From positions 548 to 64,547 of the forward strand of contig JBFMCF010000054.1 in NCBI GenBank assembly GCA_040754625.1: a DNA stretch of 64,000 nt, in the 5' to 3' direction. Origin of the DNA: a bacterium. GTDB lineage: Bacteria > JACRDZ01 > JAQUKH01. Made by a program: the position numbers and the translations under genes. The notes beneath the pieces are model-generated. The model was not told the DNA's origin. It saw only the letters and a program-made list of their open reading frames with translations, and searched no databases. Numbering within the stretch: position 1 is the stretch's first letter; each line of letters begins with the position of its first letter. Shown one piece after another: positions 1 to 9,700 of this stretch.

Positions 1-308
1 GTGTGTTCCCAGTTATCTCCAAAATCATAAGTGTATGTAAATTTTTCATTTTCTTTGTTGATTAAACTATCCAGTTTGATTGAAGAATAATCAATAATCC
101 TATTTTCATCATCAAATTCATCGTCAGGCAGACCATAAATATTACCCTCTATCTCAAACTCGTGCAAATGCGAGTTTGTCCAGCCCATTATTGTCTGAAT
201 AATCTTATGCAGGTCAGGCAATAATACATTTGATTTGACTAAAAACCGCCGCCAGATTGAAGGATGGCTGTCATTTAATGTGATTTTTAATTGATAAATT
301 TTGGTCAT
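1..308 (-). CDS. pRiA4b ORF-3-like family protein, partial (start at 306-308, runs off window start)
   Basis: Minus-strand translation from the ATG at 308 gives MTKIYQLKITLNDSHPSIWRRFLVKSN...YTYDFGDNWEH with no stop before coordinate 1. Absent from the ORF track because there is no stop in the window. N-terminus resembles the plasmid pRiA4b ORF-3 family. Confidence 0.45.
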   Translation of the reverse strand, partial: MTKIYQLKITLNDSHPSIWRRFLVKSNVLLPDLHKIIQTIMGWTNSHLHEFEIEGNIYGLPDDEFDDENRIIDYSSIKLDSLINKENEKFTYTYDFGDNWEH

Positions 309-355
309 GTTCTCCTCCATCGGTAGTTCGCTATTAACCAAATGCCTAAGGATGC

Positions 356-409
356 TACATTGTCCCATTTATATCCCCTTAATGTCCCAAATGTCCCATA
401 AATGTCCGA
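356..409. repeat. four closely spaced copies of (a)ATGTCC(C/G)A in the promoter region of the 1..308 gene
   Basis: Direct reading: attgtccca / aatgtccca / aatgtccca / aatgtccga within about 50 nt. Possible regulator binding sites. Confidence 0.3.
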
Positions 410-549
410 TATCTAATAGTGTAACGTCCGTCTCAACTTAACGATTACCTAAAGATTCTGTCTTACATCAAGCATTGAATCATCATCTCCAGCCATTTTT
501 TTATCAAAAGGGGCTCAGATTGATTTAGGTTTTTAATAAACTCTATTGT

Positions 550-792
550 TCATTTTTTTTGTTCCTTCATCTCTAAAATTTGCCGCCCTTTTAAAGTAAT
601 TCTATATTTTTGAAATTTGCTATTTGGTTTATCTGGAACAGTTAATACAATATAACCCTTTTCAAGAAGATGTTGGATCCCTTTTTTAAAATTACCTGTC
701 CTTTTTTGATAACCGGCAATTCCAAGAAGTTCTCTCCCTGTTTTATCACTTTCTGCACATGCAGTTAAAATTTTTATTTGCCAAATAGGCAA
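550..792 (-). CDS. small winged-helix protein resembling the C-terminal wHTH of Fic/DOC-family proteins (probable gene remnant)
   Basis: The 80-aa ORF ends ...LTVPDKPNSKFQKYRITLKGRQIL. The PDKPNS-KFQKYRLT-KG motif is characteristic of Fic-family C-termini. No Fic core is present upstream. Confidence 0.4.
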   Translation of the reverse strand: MPIWQIKILTACAESDKTGRELLGIAGYQKRTGNFKKGIQHLLEKGYIVLTVPDKPNSKFQKYRITLKGRQILEMKEQKK

Positions 793-902
793 TTCAACTT
801 GGGCCTTTTTAAACTTTGACTCACCTCCAACAGCCTCAAATGCACCTTAAAGCTCTACCGTTAATAAAAAACTTAAAAAAACATAAAAATACCAAAGATT
901 AA

Positions 903-1949
903 TTATCTATTTAACGTAAGCAACCGCCGTTCTCTTTTTAATTCTTTTATCAATTCTTCCTCGCTCGGTAAATACAATTTGTATCGGGACGCAAAAATTT
1001 GCTTGTTATCTTTAGGAAGCGTGTATCGGACAACGGCATCCTTTTTATTTTCGCACAAAATGAGACCGACCGTTGGATTATCATCCGGCTGTCTCAGGTC
1101 GCGGTCATAATAATTTACATACATCTGCATCTGACCGATATCCTGATGAGTCAGCTTACCTACTTTCAAATCCACGAGTGTATAACATTTCAAAATTGTA
1201 TTATAGAAAACTAAGTCGATGTAAAAGTGGTCGCCATCGAGTGAAATGCGTTTTTGCCGAGCTACGAAAGTAAAACCTTTCCCCAATTCAAGTAAAAATT
1301 TTGAAAGATTATCAATAAGCGCCTGCTCAAGTTTGGTTTCGTAAAGTTTGGAACTTGGGGATAAGCCCGTAAACTCCAAAACATACGGATCCTTTATCAT
1401 ATCTTCGTATGTCTGAAGCTCTTGACCCTTTTGTGCCAATTTCATAAGACCTTTTTTATCTTTACTTAAGGCAAGCCGTTCAAAAAGAAGTGAACCTTTT
1501 TGACGCTCAAGCTCCCGAGCCGACCAATTATTTTTAACACACTCAATCTCATAAAAATACCTGGCTTCAGGTTTCTCAATACGCATTAAAATACGGTAAT
1601 GGCTCCAGCTTAATTCTCTACGCACTGTGTCGAGAATCGGATATACTTCATAAAATTTACGCATATTCCATAAATTACTATCATCAAATCCTTTCCCAAA
1701 ATCAACAGATAACTGCTTGGCGAGGGTTTCTATTAACTTCTTTCCATATATAGCACGGACATTACCTTTCTGCTCTTCCTCTATAATTTCCCGGCCAATT
1801 TGCCAATACGCGATAACCATTTCCGTATTAATAGCCCGAGCAACATTTCCGCGCGCTTCCTCAATGATTTTTCTAATTCGATCATATATCCCTGAATGCA
1901 TATCTGTTTTTTTATTCAGACTATTCGACTTTAACTTATCAGATTTCAT
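903..1949 (-). CDS. YhcG-like PDDEXK nuclease (DUF1016 family)
   Basis: 348 aa. The N-terminal region ...IEEARGNVARAINTEMVIAYWQIGREI... is typical of DUF1016/YhcG. The C-terminal half carries a PD-(D/E)xK-like core. Confidence 0.7.
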   Translation of the reverse strand: MKSDKLKSNSLNKKTDMHSGIYDRIRKIIEEARGNVARAINTEMVIAYWQIGREIIEEEQKGNVRAIYGKKLIETLAKQLSVDFGKGFDDSNLWNMRKFYEVYPILDTVRRELSWSHYRILMRIEKPEARYFYEIECVKNNWSARELERQKGSLLFERLALSKDKKGLMKLAQKGQELQTYEDMIKDPYVLEFTGLSPSSKLYETKLEQALIDNLSKFLLELGKGFTFVARQKRISLDGDHFYIDLVFYNTILKCYTLVDLKVGKLTHQDIGQMQMYVNYYDRDLRQPDDNPTVGLILCENKKDAVVRYTLPKDNKQIFASRYKLYLPSEEELIKELKRERRLLTLNR

Positions 1950-2016
1950 ATGCTTTTGACAAATTATACCATCAATTTCTTAATTTTTAACGCAATAAAA
2001 TTTCTTTCTCAGGGAG

Positions 2017-2032
2017 ATATAGTGTGCCACGG
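2017..2032. repeat. 16-bp direct repeat ATATAGTGTGCCACGG, copy 1 (copy 2 at 4304..4319)
   Basis: Identical 16-mer read at both positions. The two copies bracket the abiEi/abiEii cassette. Confidence 0.6.
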
Positions 2033-2407
2033 GGTGGGGTAAAAAGAGGTGTTTTTTTGATGAGATATTACATTCAAGTTTTTGATCGGAAATTGTGCCC
2101 GAAATTGTGCCCGCCGCTATCCAAATCCCTCCAATTTATGCCAACTCCTGCCAACATGCAAGTTTTTCAAAAAAGCCTTATCTGGTAAATAGATGCTTTG
2201 TTTTCAGGCACTTACACGATTTTCAATTTTAGCCGGACAAAGTCTTTTAAGTCCACTGCGTCTACCAGTTCCGCCACCCCGGCAACCAACTATCAATTTT
2301 TCAATTTTTTAAATCAATTCAGATATTATAACACTAATGAAAAATTTTTTCTAATGTTTTTTATTTCATTTTATTTCCGATTTTCAGCTTTTCACTCTTG
2401 CCCGAAA

Positions 2408-3253
2408 TCATGTCCTTATTAACAATCCTGCTTGTCTAAATTCCCTTTTTACCGTTCTATAAATATCCTCAAATTCGGGAAGCAGCGACATTTGGGAAAA
2501 AAGCCTGGTTTCCCAAAGTTTTTTTAAGCGTTGTTCTTTCAAAGGAAATTCTTTCAACACACCAGCCAGTTTTTCACCGCGGAATTCTATTTTTTGTTCC
2601 ACGGCTCCGGTTAATTCTAAAAGACTGATATGTTTATTGTGAATCAAATACCATATGTCATAGAGGTCACGAGGTTCATTCCGTGCCCTATCCAAAAGAG
2701 CAATCACTTTCTCCGAAGATATCTCTTGAAGAGAATAAACACTGATGATTGCATTATCCGGAATATCCTGGTATTCATCATAACCCTGGAGAACTTTTTT
2801 ATGCATGATCGGAAAAACTATTTTCTCTTGTAATGTAATGTCTATTTTGACCCCTTTATTTGAAGCAGCCGGCAGAGGGCCTTCATATCCAATAAAAAAG
2901 GTATAGGTATTTGCATGGTTATGCCGATCCTGCCGTGAAAAATAAAATTTTATCCCGGATGTTTTATAAATGTAATCGTAGACAATTTCCAGTTGTTTTA
3001 GAATATCTTCCAAAGAAATTTCTTTTGCTAAAGTAAAATCCATGTCTTCTGAAAAACGATAGTCAAAAAAATAACATTTTTTGATAGCCGTCCCGCCTTT
3101 AAATAGAAGAATATCCTTCAAAGGAGTTTTGGATAATCCCGCCAAAAACCAGGAAAGGCAATAATCCCGTTCAAGGATTATCTCTGGAATACGCCGTCCG
3201 CCTTTCCGGGCAAGACGGTTTGAAAGTAATGAAAGATTTCGTTGTGGTATCAC
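2408..3253 (-). CDS. abiEii: AbiEii/AbiGii nucleotidyltransferase toxin (type IV TA, DUF1814)
   Basis: 281 aa with a GTG start. ...FKGGTAIKKCYFFDYRFSEDMDFTL... is the AbiEii NTase signature. Lies 1 nt downstream of abiEi. Confidence 0.8.
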   Translation of the reverse strand: MIPQRNLSLLSNRLARKGGRRIPEIILERDYCLSWFLAGLSKTPLKDILLFKGGTAIKKCYFFDYRFSEDMDFTLAKEISLEDILKQLEIVYDYIYKTSGIKFYFSRQDRHNHANTYTFFIGYEGPLPAASNKGVKIDITLQEKIVFPIMHKKVLQGYDEYQDIPDNAIISVYSLQEISSEKVIALLDRARNEPRDLYDIWYLIHNKHISLLELTGAVEQKIEFRGEKLAGVLKEFPLKEQRLKKLWETRLFSQMSLLPEFEDIYRTVKREFRQAGLLIRT

Positions 3254-3254
3254 T

Positions 3255-4088
3255 TTATGTCCTTATTACAGATAAAAGTTCTTCAGGGTTCACATTAAGA
3301 TGCAATTTCCACTTTCTTAAATATTTTCCTTCCCCTGGCAAAACTGGATCTAACCGTACATAAGTTTCTGTAAGATGCTTAAAAAGAATTCCCATGTTTT
3401 CTTGACTCCCAATATTGTAAAGTTCCAATAAATATCCGAGCCTGCGAATAACAGAACCCACATTCATTTCCACAGCATATTCAATAAGCCGGTTTATATC
3501 CATATCTTTATGTCCTATCCATAGGCCCTTGGCTACTTCTGTTAATCCACCGCAATATTCCGGTTGTCTAAGACAATCAATAATTGTCCGTTCAGGATTG
3601 CTGAGTCTTACCTTTTCTTGCTTTGTCGCCCAATGGTCAGTCAATCCGAAAAAAAGTTTTTTCTTGCTTCGTATAAAACGAAACTCTATACCGTGTGTTT
3701 TAATGGGTCTTCGCGATTTTAAGACTGTAACATAAACAACTAATTGCGGCTGGGTAACCATATTGTGAATCTCCATTGCTGTCCCGTGAGAGAGGTAATA
3801 ATCTTTTCCATTCACAATTTCACGCGCAACAATTAACGGATTCCCCGTATATTCAGATTCTTTTCCAAGCTCAAGCGGTATCAGTATAAAAAGTCCTGCT
3901 TTTAATCGTGTAACAATTCCTCTGTTAATAAGTTTACGAACAAAATTCCGCGATGCAAATTCATCTAAATGAAGAATTTTTTGTACATCCTTTAAATGAA
4001 ATATGCGCTTGTTCTGATCGTATAGGGTAGTAACTAAATGAGAAGAACGAGGGCCCATTGTTTTAGATTTAGTATATTTTTTTTGCAT
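3255..4088 (-). CDS. abiEi: AbiEi antitoxin / transcriptional regulator (COG5340-type)
   Basis: 277 aa. N-terminal wHTH plus a C-terminal domain typical of AbiEi. Translationally coupled to abiEii. Confidence 0.75.
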   Translation of the reverse strand: MQKKYTKSKTMGPRSSHLVTTLYDQNKRIFHLKDVQKILHLDEFASRNFVRKLINRGIVTRLKAGLFILIPLELGKESEYTGNPLIVAREIVNGKDYYLSHGTAMEIHNMVTQPQLVVYVTVLKSRRPIKTHGIEFRFIRSKKKLFFGLTDHWATKQEKVRLSNPERTIIDCLRQPEYCGGLTEVAKGLWIGHKDMDINRLIEYAVEMNVGSVIRRLGYLLELYNIGSQENMGILFKHLTETYVRLDPVLPGEGKYLRKWKLHLNVNPEELLSVIRT

Positions 4089-4303
4089 TTTATATCCTTT
4101 ATGAACAAATATTACAATACTGGTAAAATTTTGTCAATTAAATTATTATATTGTTATTGCATTTAGTGTCCTACCAGGACACATTACGCATTTATGATAT
4201 GATAGCAAAAGTAAAGCTATGTTTTTATTTTCCATAAAGTAACTCAATAATATTGTTATCTGGTAATAAGTTGCATTAATTATTCTAAATATATTTTTGA
4301 AAA

Positions 4304-4319
4304 ATATAGTGTGCCACGG
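4304..4319. repeat. 16-bp direct repeat ATATAGTGTGCCACGG, copy 2
   Basis: Identical to 2017..2032. Confidence 0.6.
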
Positions 4320-4321
4320 TT

Positions 4322-6763
4322 TTACTCCACCATTATCCGGACTTCATCCGCGTTATTGAAAGAATCAATCGCGGTAAGCCTGTGCAGTCCTTTTTCAAGC
4401 TCCCAATCTGCTTTATAAGGCGGCCGGACTTTTGCATATTCAATACCGTCAACATACCATTTAACATGCTCAGCCGGCTTTCCCACAATTACCTGCAAAT
4501 CAATGACCTGGCTGAAAAAATCCTTATCGATCACATATCTGTCTCCGTCCAGCGGGTAGGTTATCCTGATGTGGCCTTCCGGCCCGTTAAAAACGTTATA
4601 CCTTGAGATATCAGCACCATTCCCGATAGAGTGGTGAGAGTTTTCTACAATAATCCACTCTTTTTCAATGGTTTCGTCTCCAAAAACCTCCCCCTCCTTG
4701 ACATTAATTGCCGGCTTATCCACCGGCTTCACCGGTTCTTTTTGAAAAACCCTGTCAAGGTCTTCTTCAAAACCAGCGAGTTTATTATTTCCCACTGTGC
4801 CTTTCCTGTTTTTTTCATAAAGCCATGCCGCGTAATTTACGGGCAGGTATCTTGACTCATTATTTTTTAAATGGAAAATACACGGCGTTTCCGGCACATT
4901 TTTTTCAATAAACAACTCTTCTTTCAAATGGGAACAATCAGCGGTCGGCGGCATGCCGGAAAAAGAACATACCTTAACCGATACGAGGCCGGCCGGCACC
5001 TGGAATTCCCCGGGATTTGCCTTGTTATATATATAAACCAGCACGTCATAAAGAACAGGGACCGCGCCGTCTTCCCCGTTTAAATTATAGGTGGGCCTGC
5101 CTTCAAAATTACCTGTCCAGACTCCAAAGGTATATTCAGGAGTGTAAGCGATGACCCAGGCATCCCGGTAATTGGTGCTCGTTCCGGTCTTTAAAGCGGC
5201 CTTAAAAGGAAACTGCAATTTTTTATTGCTGAAGGTAAGCATCTTTGCCGAGTAATCCGAAAGAAAATCCGTAATGATATAGGACGCCTGCGGAGAAAAA
5301 ACAAACCGGGGAGCCTCTTCTTCTTCATTTAAAATAAATTTCAGCGGCCTGTAAATACCACCGCTGGCAAGCATGGCATAAGCCGCAGCCAGCTGTTGAA
5401 GAGTTATCTCCGGGTTCCCGATTGCCATTCCCAATCCGAAATATTCCGGGCCCTTATCCGGGTAGTTTATTAAATTCATTTTTTTAAGGGTATTATAAAA
5501 TTCTTCATACCCCACCTGTTCAATCAAATTAATGGTCGAAAGATTTAATGAACTTGCAAGGGCCGTCCGCATAGTGACAGGGCCGTATTCTTTCCGGTCA
5601 TAATTCCTTGGCATATAATCACCGGACGGGGCCTTGAATATTTTCTCGATATCAGACAATATAAGGGACGGGCTGTATCCGGAATCAAGGGCCAGCGCGT
5701 AAAGAAACGGTTTTAATGTTGACCCGGGTGATCTTAACGCGTTCGTCCCGTTATTAAACCCTTTCGCTTTTTCGCTGTATTCAAATGACCCGGCCATTGA
5801 AAGGACCTCCATAGTTGAATTCCTGACCATAATAAACGCGGATTGATTGGCGCCTTTCGCGTTTAAACGGTCCCTGTGCGATTTTATTATTTTTTCTATG
5901 TTCTTTTGGATGCCTGAATCAAGCGTTGTAACGATATCGCCTGTCAGTCCGCTATATTTTTTTGAGACAAAATCCACAAAGTGCGGACCTTCCATCGGGA
6001 ACCTTTTCATTTTAAAAGATATTCCGCTGTTTTTAGCATCGTTAAATTCTTTTTCACTGATATACCCAAGCTCGGACATTCTTCTTAATACCCAGTTTTT
6101 TCTATCTTCAAGCCTTCCGGAATAATTCCCGTAATAATCAAGGCTGCCCGGCACTTTAGGCAGAGACGCGAGCAGCGCGCATTCCAATACATTAAGTTCG
6201 CTGCATTTTTTTTCAAAATAAACCTCCGAGGCGATTTTCACCCCCCGCAAATTATTGCCGAGCGGCACCCTGTTTAAATATTGTTCCATAATTTTTTCTT
6301 TTCCAAGTTCCATTTCAAGCTTTACACTTTCGACAACTTCGACAAATTTGTTCAAAAAAGTCCTTCTACGTTTCTTGATAAGTTTCACTACCTGCTGGGT
6401 AATGGTGGACGCGCCTGATACAATCCTTCCCGCGGCCAGATTGTCCTTTACCGCCCGGGCAATTGAACTCAAACAAAACCCGTAATGGCTGTAAAAATTT
6501 TCATCCTCGGCCGCGATAAAGGCGTTTTTTAAAAGCACTGGAACTTCACCGGAGGGGACCCACAAATGCCTTTCCCCGTTTTTATCAACAAAAAAACGGA
6601 GCGTTCTTTCTTCCCTGTCTTTAATAATTAAATTAGAAGGATATAAAAGGTCTTCAGGGGAAATATAGTTTATTCTGTATAACATAAAAGTGAAAAGCAA
6701 CAAAATTATCAACAGGGCCTGGCATATAATTCTTTTTTTAAAAAAGAAAAATTTTTTAAACAT
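4322..6763 (-). CDS. pbpC: penicillin-binding protein 1C (transglycosylase/transpeptidase)
   Basis: 813 aa. N-terminal TM, GT51 motif region (...AAEDENFYSHYG...), transpeptidase and C-terminal PBP1C domain. Immediately downstream of the alpha-2-macroglobulin gene, the conserved pairing. Confidence 0.85.
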   Translation of the reverse strand: MFKKFFFFKKRIICQALLIILLLFTFMLYRINYISPEDLLYPSNLIIKDREERTLRFFVDKNGERHLWVPSGEVPVLLKNAFIAAEDENFYSHYGFCLSSIARAVKDNLAAGRIVSGASTITQQVVKLIKKRRRTFLNKFVEVVESVKLEMELGKEKIMEQYLNRVPLGNNLRGVKIASEVYFEKKCSELNVLECALLASLPKVPGSLDYYGNYSGRLEDRKNWVLRRMSELGYISEKEFNDAKNSGISFKMKRFPMEGPHFVDFVSKKYSGLTGDIVTTLDSGIQKNIEKIIKSHRDRLNAKGANQSAFIMVRNSTMEVLSMAGSFEYSEKAKGFNNGTNALRSPGSTLKPFLYALALDSGYSPSLILSDIEKIFKAPSGDYMPRNYDRKEYGPVTMRTALASSLNLSTINLIEQVGYEEFYNTLKKMNLINYPDKGPEYFGLGMAIGNPEITLQQLAAAYAMLASGGIYRPLKFILNEEEEAPRFVFSPQASYIITDFLSDYSAKMLTFSNKKLQFPFKAALKTGTSTNYRDAWVIAYTPEYTFGVWTGNFEGRPTYNLNGEDGAVPVLYDVLVYIYNKANPGEFQVPAGLVSVKVCSFSGMPPTADCSHLKEELFIEKNVPETPCIFHLKNNESRYLPVNYAAWLYEKNRKGTVGNNKLAGFEEDLDRVFQKEPVKPVDKPAINVKEGEVFGDETIEKEWIIVENSHHSIGNGADISRYNVFNGPEGHIRITYPLDGDRYVIDKDFFSQVIDLQVIVGKPAEHVKWYVDGIEYAKVRPPYKADWELEKGLHRLTAIDSFNNADEVRIMVE

Positions 6764-9700
6764 TTACTTTCCTTCGATAATAATTTTATCCAGCGGAGTA
6801 TAAGCGACTATTTCCGGAGAATACATCAATTCAACCTTTGAGGAAGGAACAATAAACTCTCCCGCGCAAACCGCCCTGGCATAATAACTGTATTCATAGG
6901 GGCCCTGCCATATATCGTTTTTAAATACAAGCACCCGGTCATTCCTTATTTCAAAATAATTGGGGACAAAATTATAAAAACCGCCCGGATTCCAGTAATA
7001 CCAGTAATACTCTTCTTTATTATAATTTGACCCGGCCGGCACCGGTTCCTCTGTTTTTATGGCGCTGTTTATCGCCACAAATCCGGCAGGAAAAGGGTCA
7101 TCAATGGCAATGTATTGATAATGGCCCCCGGCCTCTATTTTAATTTTTACCTTGACTATATCCCCTACCCTGATTTTATTTTTACCGCTTGTGCTTTCGA
7201 TATCCTTTGAAATTCTAAAACCGTTCGAATAACCTTTTTCGCCGTAATCCACTCTTGGAAAATTTATTTCCACTTTATACATTAATGATTCCCTGGAATC
7301 GGAAAATAATGTAAAAGAAGGATTGTCCATAAAATCCCGCGGGTCAAGCTCCAGGGAATAGTTTTTTAGAGGGTCAAATTGGAATTTCCATTCTTTGCCT
7401 TGAGGATTTTTAACACCGAAATTTACAAGCCCGCTGGCAAAATTCAGGCCCTTGAAATACTCTCCCAGGGCCGCCAAAGCCCATCCCGTGTCAGTGGTGG
7501 TCCTCCATATTCCCTGCTTATCAATATTACCTATCAATTCCAATGCCAGATAATTTTTGATTTCATTGTCTGAAACAATATTAACACACGCTATTAACGC
7601 CAAAGCCCTGCCTATATGCCTGCTGTAATAATGCCCGTAATATTCAGAATAACCCGCGGGGGAATTTAAAACATCCAGCAATTCATTTTGCAGTGTTTCC
7701 TTCGGCACAAAACTGGAAGCGCCCGCGGCAGCGATCAAAATAATCCGGTTTTCTTTAGGCTCTCTTTCCTTATCTTTTGAAACAGTTTCAAAAGTATTTT
7801 TATCCAGCCTGCCGTTTAAGGCAAGAAGATACGAAGCAAGGATTTTAAACGAACTGTCGCTGTTTGTCCCGTTTATTTCGCTCCTTAGATAATTTAATGA
7901 TTTATCAAACAATGAAGAAGGGACATCAAATCCTCCAAGCCTGGCCCTGGTTAAAGCGTTCACCGCATAAATTGAACCCCATGGACTCGGCCTCCTATCG
8001 CCCGGCCAGTATCCAAAACCTCCTGAATCAGTCTGCATACTGAGAATCCTCTCAACACCCGCCTTTAAAAATTTATCTGTCTCTTCTGCGGAAATATCCG
8101 GGACAAGGCCCTGTAATATCAGGTTCCTGAGCGCCGCCAGGGGGAAAACCCCGGAACTGGTCTGTTCAATACATCCATAGGGATATCTTAAAAGATATTT
8201 TAACCCGGGTGAGAGCTTGAAAAAAGGCGATCCTGAAACAGTCAAAACGCATTTAATTTCATCCTCGTTTAAATCCCGCCACTTTATTGATTCGGTCCCT
8301 TCAGGAAATGTATAAATAATTTCCTTCGAACCGGAAAAATTCCCGAATAAAACGTCTTTCCCGCGTATATACCCTGAATTTACAGGGACCTTAACCTCAA
8401 CTGCATCTGATTTTCCGTCAAAACTGCCGCTAAAAGTTACGGTAGAAAATCCTGCTTTTTCCGCCTTTCCTTTTACGGGAATAAGGCTCCTGTCATATGA
8501 GTTCAAAGGATAATTGCTCTTTTCATCCGCGGCTGACAACGCGAGGTTCCCATCCGGCCTTAAATCTATATTGACGGTCCCGCTGCCTTCGGTTTTATTA
8601 AAAGCCGACAATAGAAACAAAAAAGTATCGCCTTTTGTCAAAAATCTCGGGAGCCCCGGTTCAAGGTAGAAATCCCTGGTAACCAATAATTTTCTTTCAA
8701 CCGATTCAAACCGGCTTCCCTTATCGCAGGCAACAACATAAACACGGTATGAAGTTATAGTGTCCGGGCATTTAAAACGTATTGACGCATTGCCGTTTTC
8801 ATCAGTTAAAACAGCCGGGTTAAAATAGGCAACCGGCCTGAAATCTTTCCTCATTATGGGAGTTGACACTTCTATCCCTTCGTCCCCGCCGCCGCCCCCG
8901 GTCAACGGCAAATTAGACAATTCCGAAAACGGAGTCTGCCCTAAAAGAAACGGAGTGAAATCATAGGTAAAAACAGAAAGGGGATAAACAAAACGGATTA
9001 AATCATTCAGGCGGGGCGTTCCATACCTGGTTAAGGCGAGGACACTTTCATCAACAACACCAACAGCCAATTCACTTACAAAACCTTTATTTTTTTCATC
9101 CAGAACCTTAATATTAAGTTCTACTTCACTCCCGGGCAGGGCTTTAAGTTCCCTGTCTTTCTCATTAATGGCAACCTTTATTTTATTATATTGTTTTTTT
9201 ACTTCGACATTAACATACCCGAAAGCCACAGACGGCATTTCCTCATCGTATTGATAGCTGTAGTTTGGAAAATCACCCCTCGGGACCATTCCCGTCAATG
9301 AAATATAAACGTTTGGATAATAATCTTCTTTTACCGGCACCTTAATCTCGGGTGAACCAGGCGATACCTGGACAAGTTTATAATCTAAAATATCCCCGCG
9401 TTCAACCGTCATTAAGTAAGTTGACAATTTCTTTTTAGAATTCACCATTATTTTTATATCTTCATTTTCCGTGTAATATTTTTTTTCAGGTATTAAATTT
9501 ACCTTTTCATATACCGCATTCCGGGATGTTTCCTCTTCCGAATAATCATAGTAATAATATCCTTCAACTTCATAAATTGTGCTCGAAGTATAAATTTTGC
9601 CGTCATTTTCATAACTAAAACTCAAAAGATATTTCCCGCCCCAGTTAAAATCAAAATCAAAAATCGCCTCGCCGTCCGCGATATTGATAAAACTGGAATA

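Noticed and set aside
2011-2032. Sigma54-like TGGCAC on the minus strand of the 16-bp direct repeats
   Set aside because: The -24-like TGGCAC is present, but the -12 TTGC element at the correct spacing is absent in both copies.
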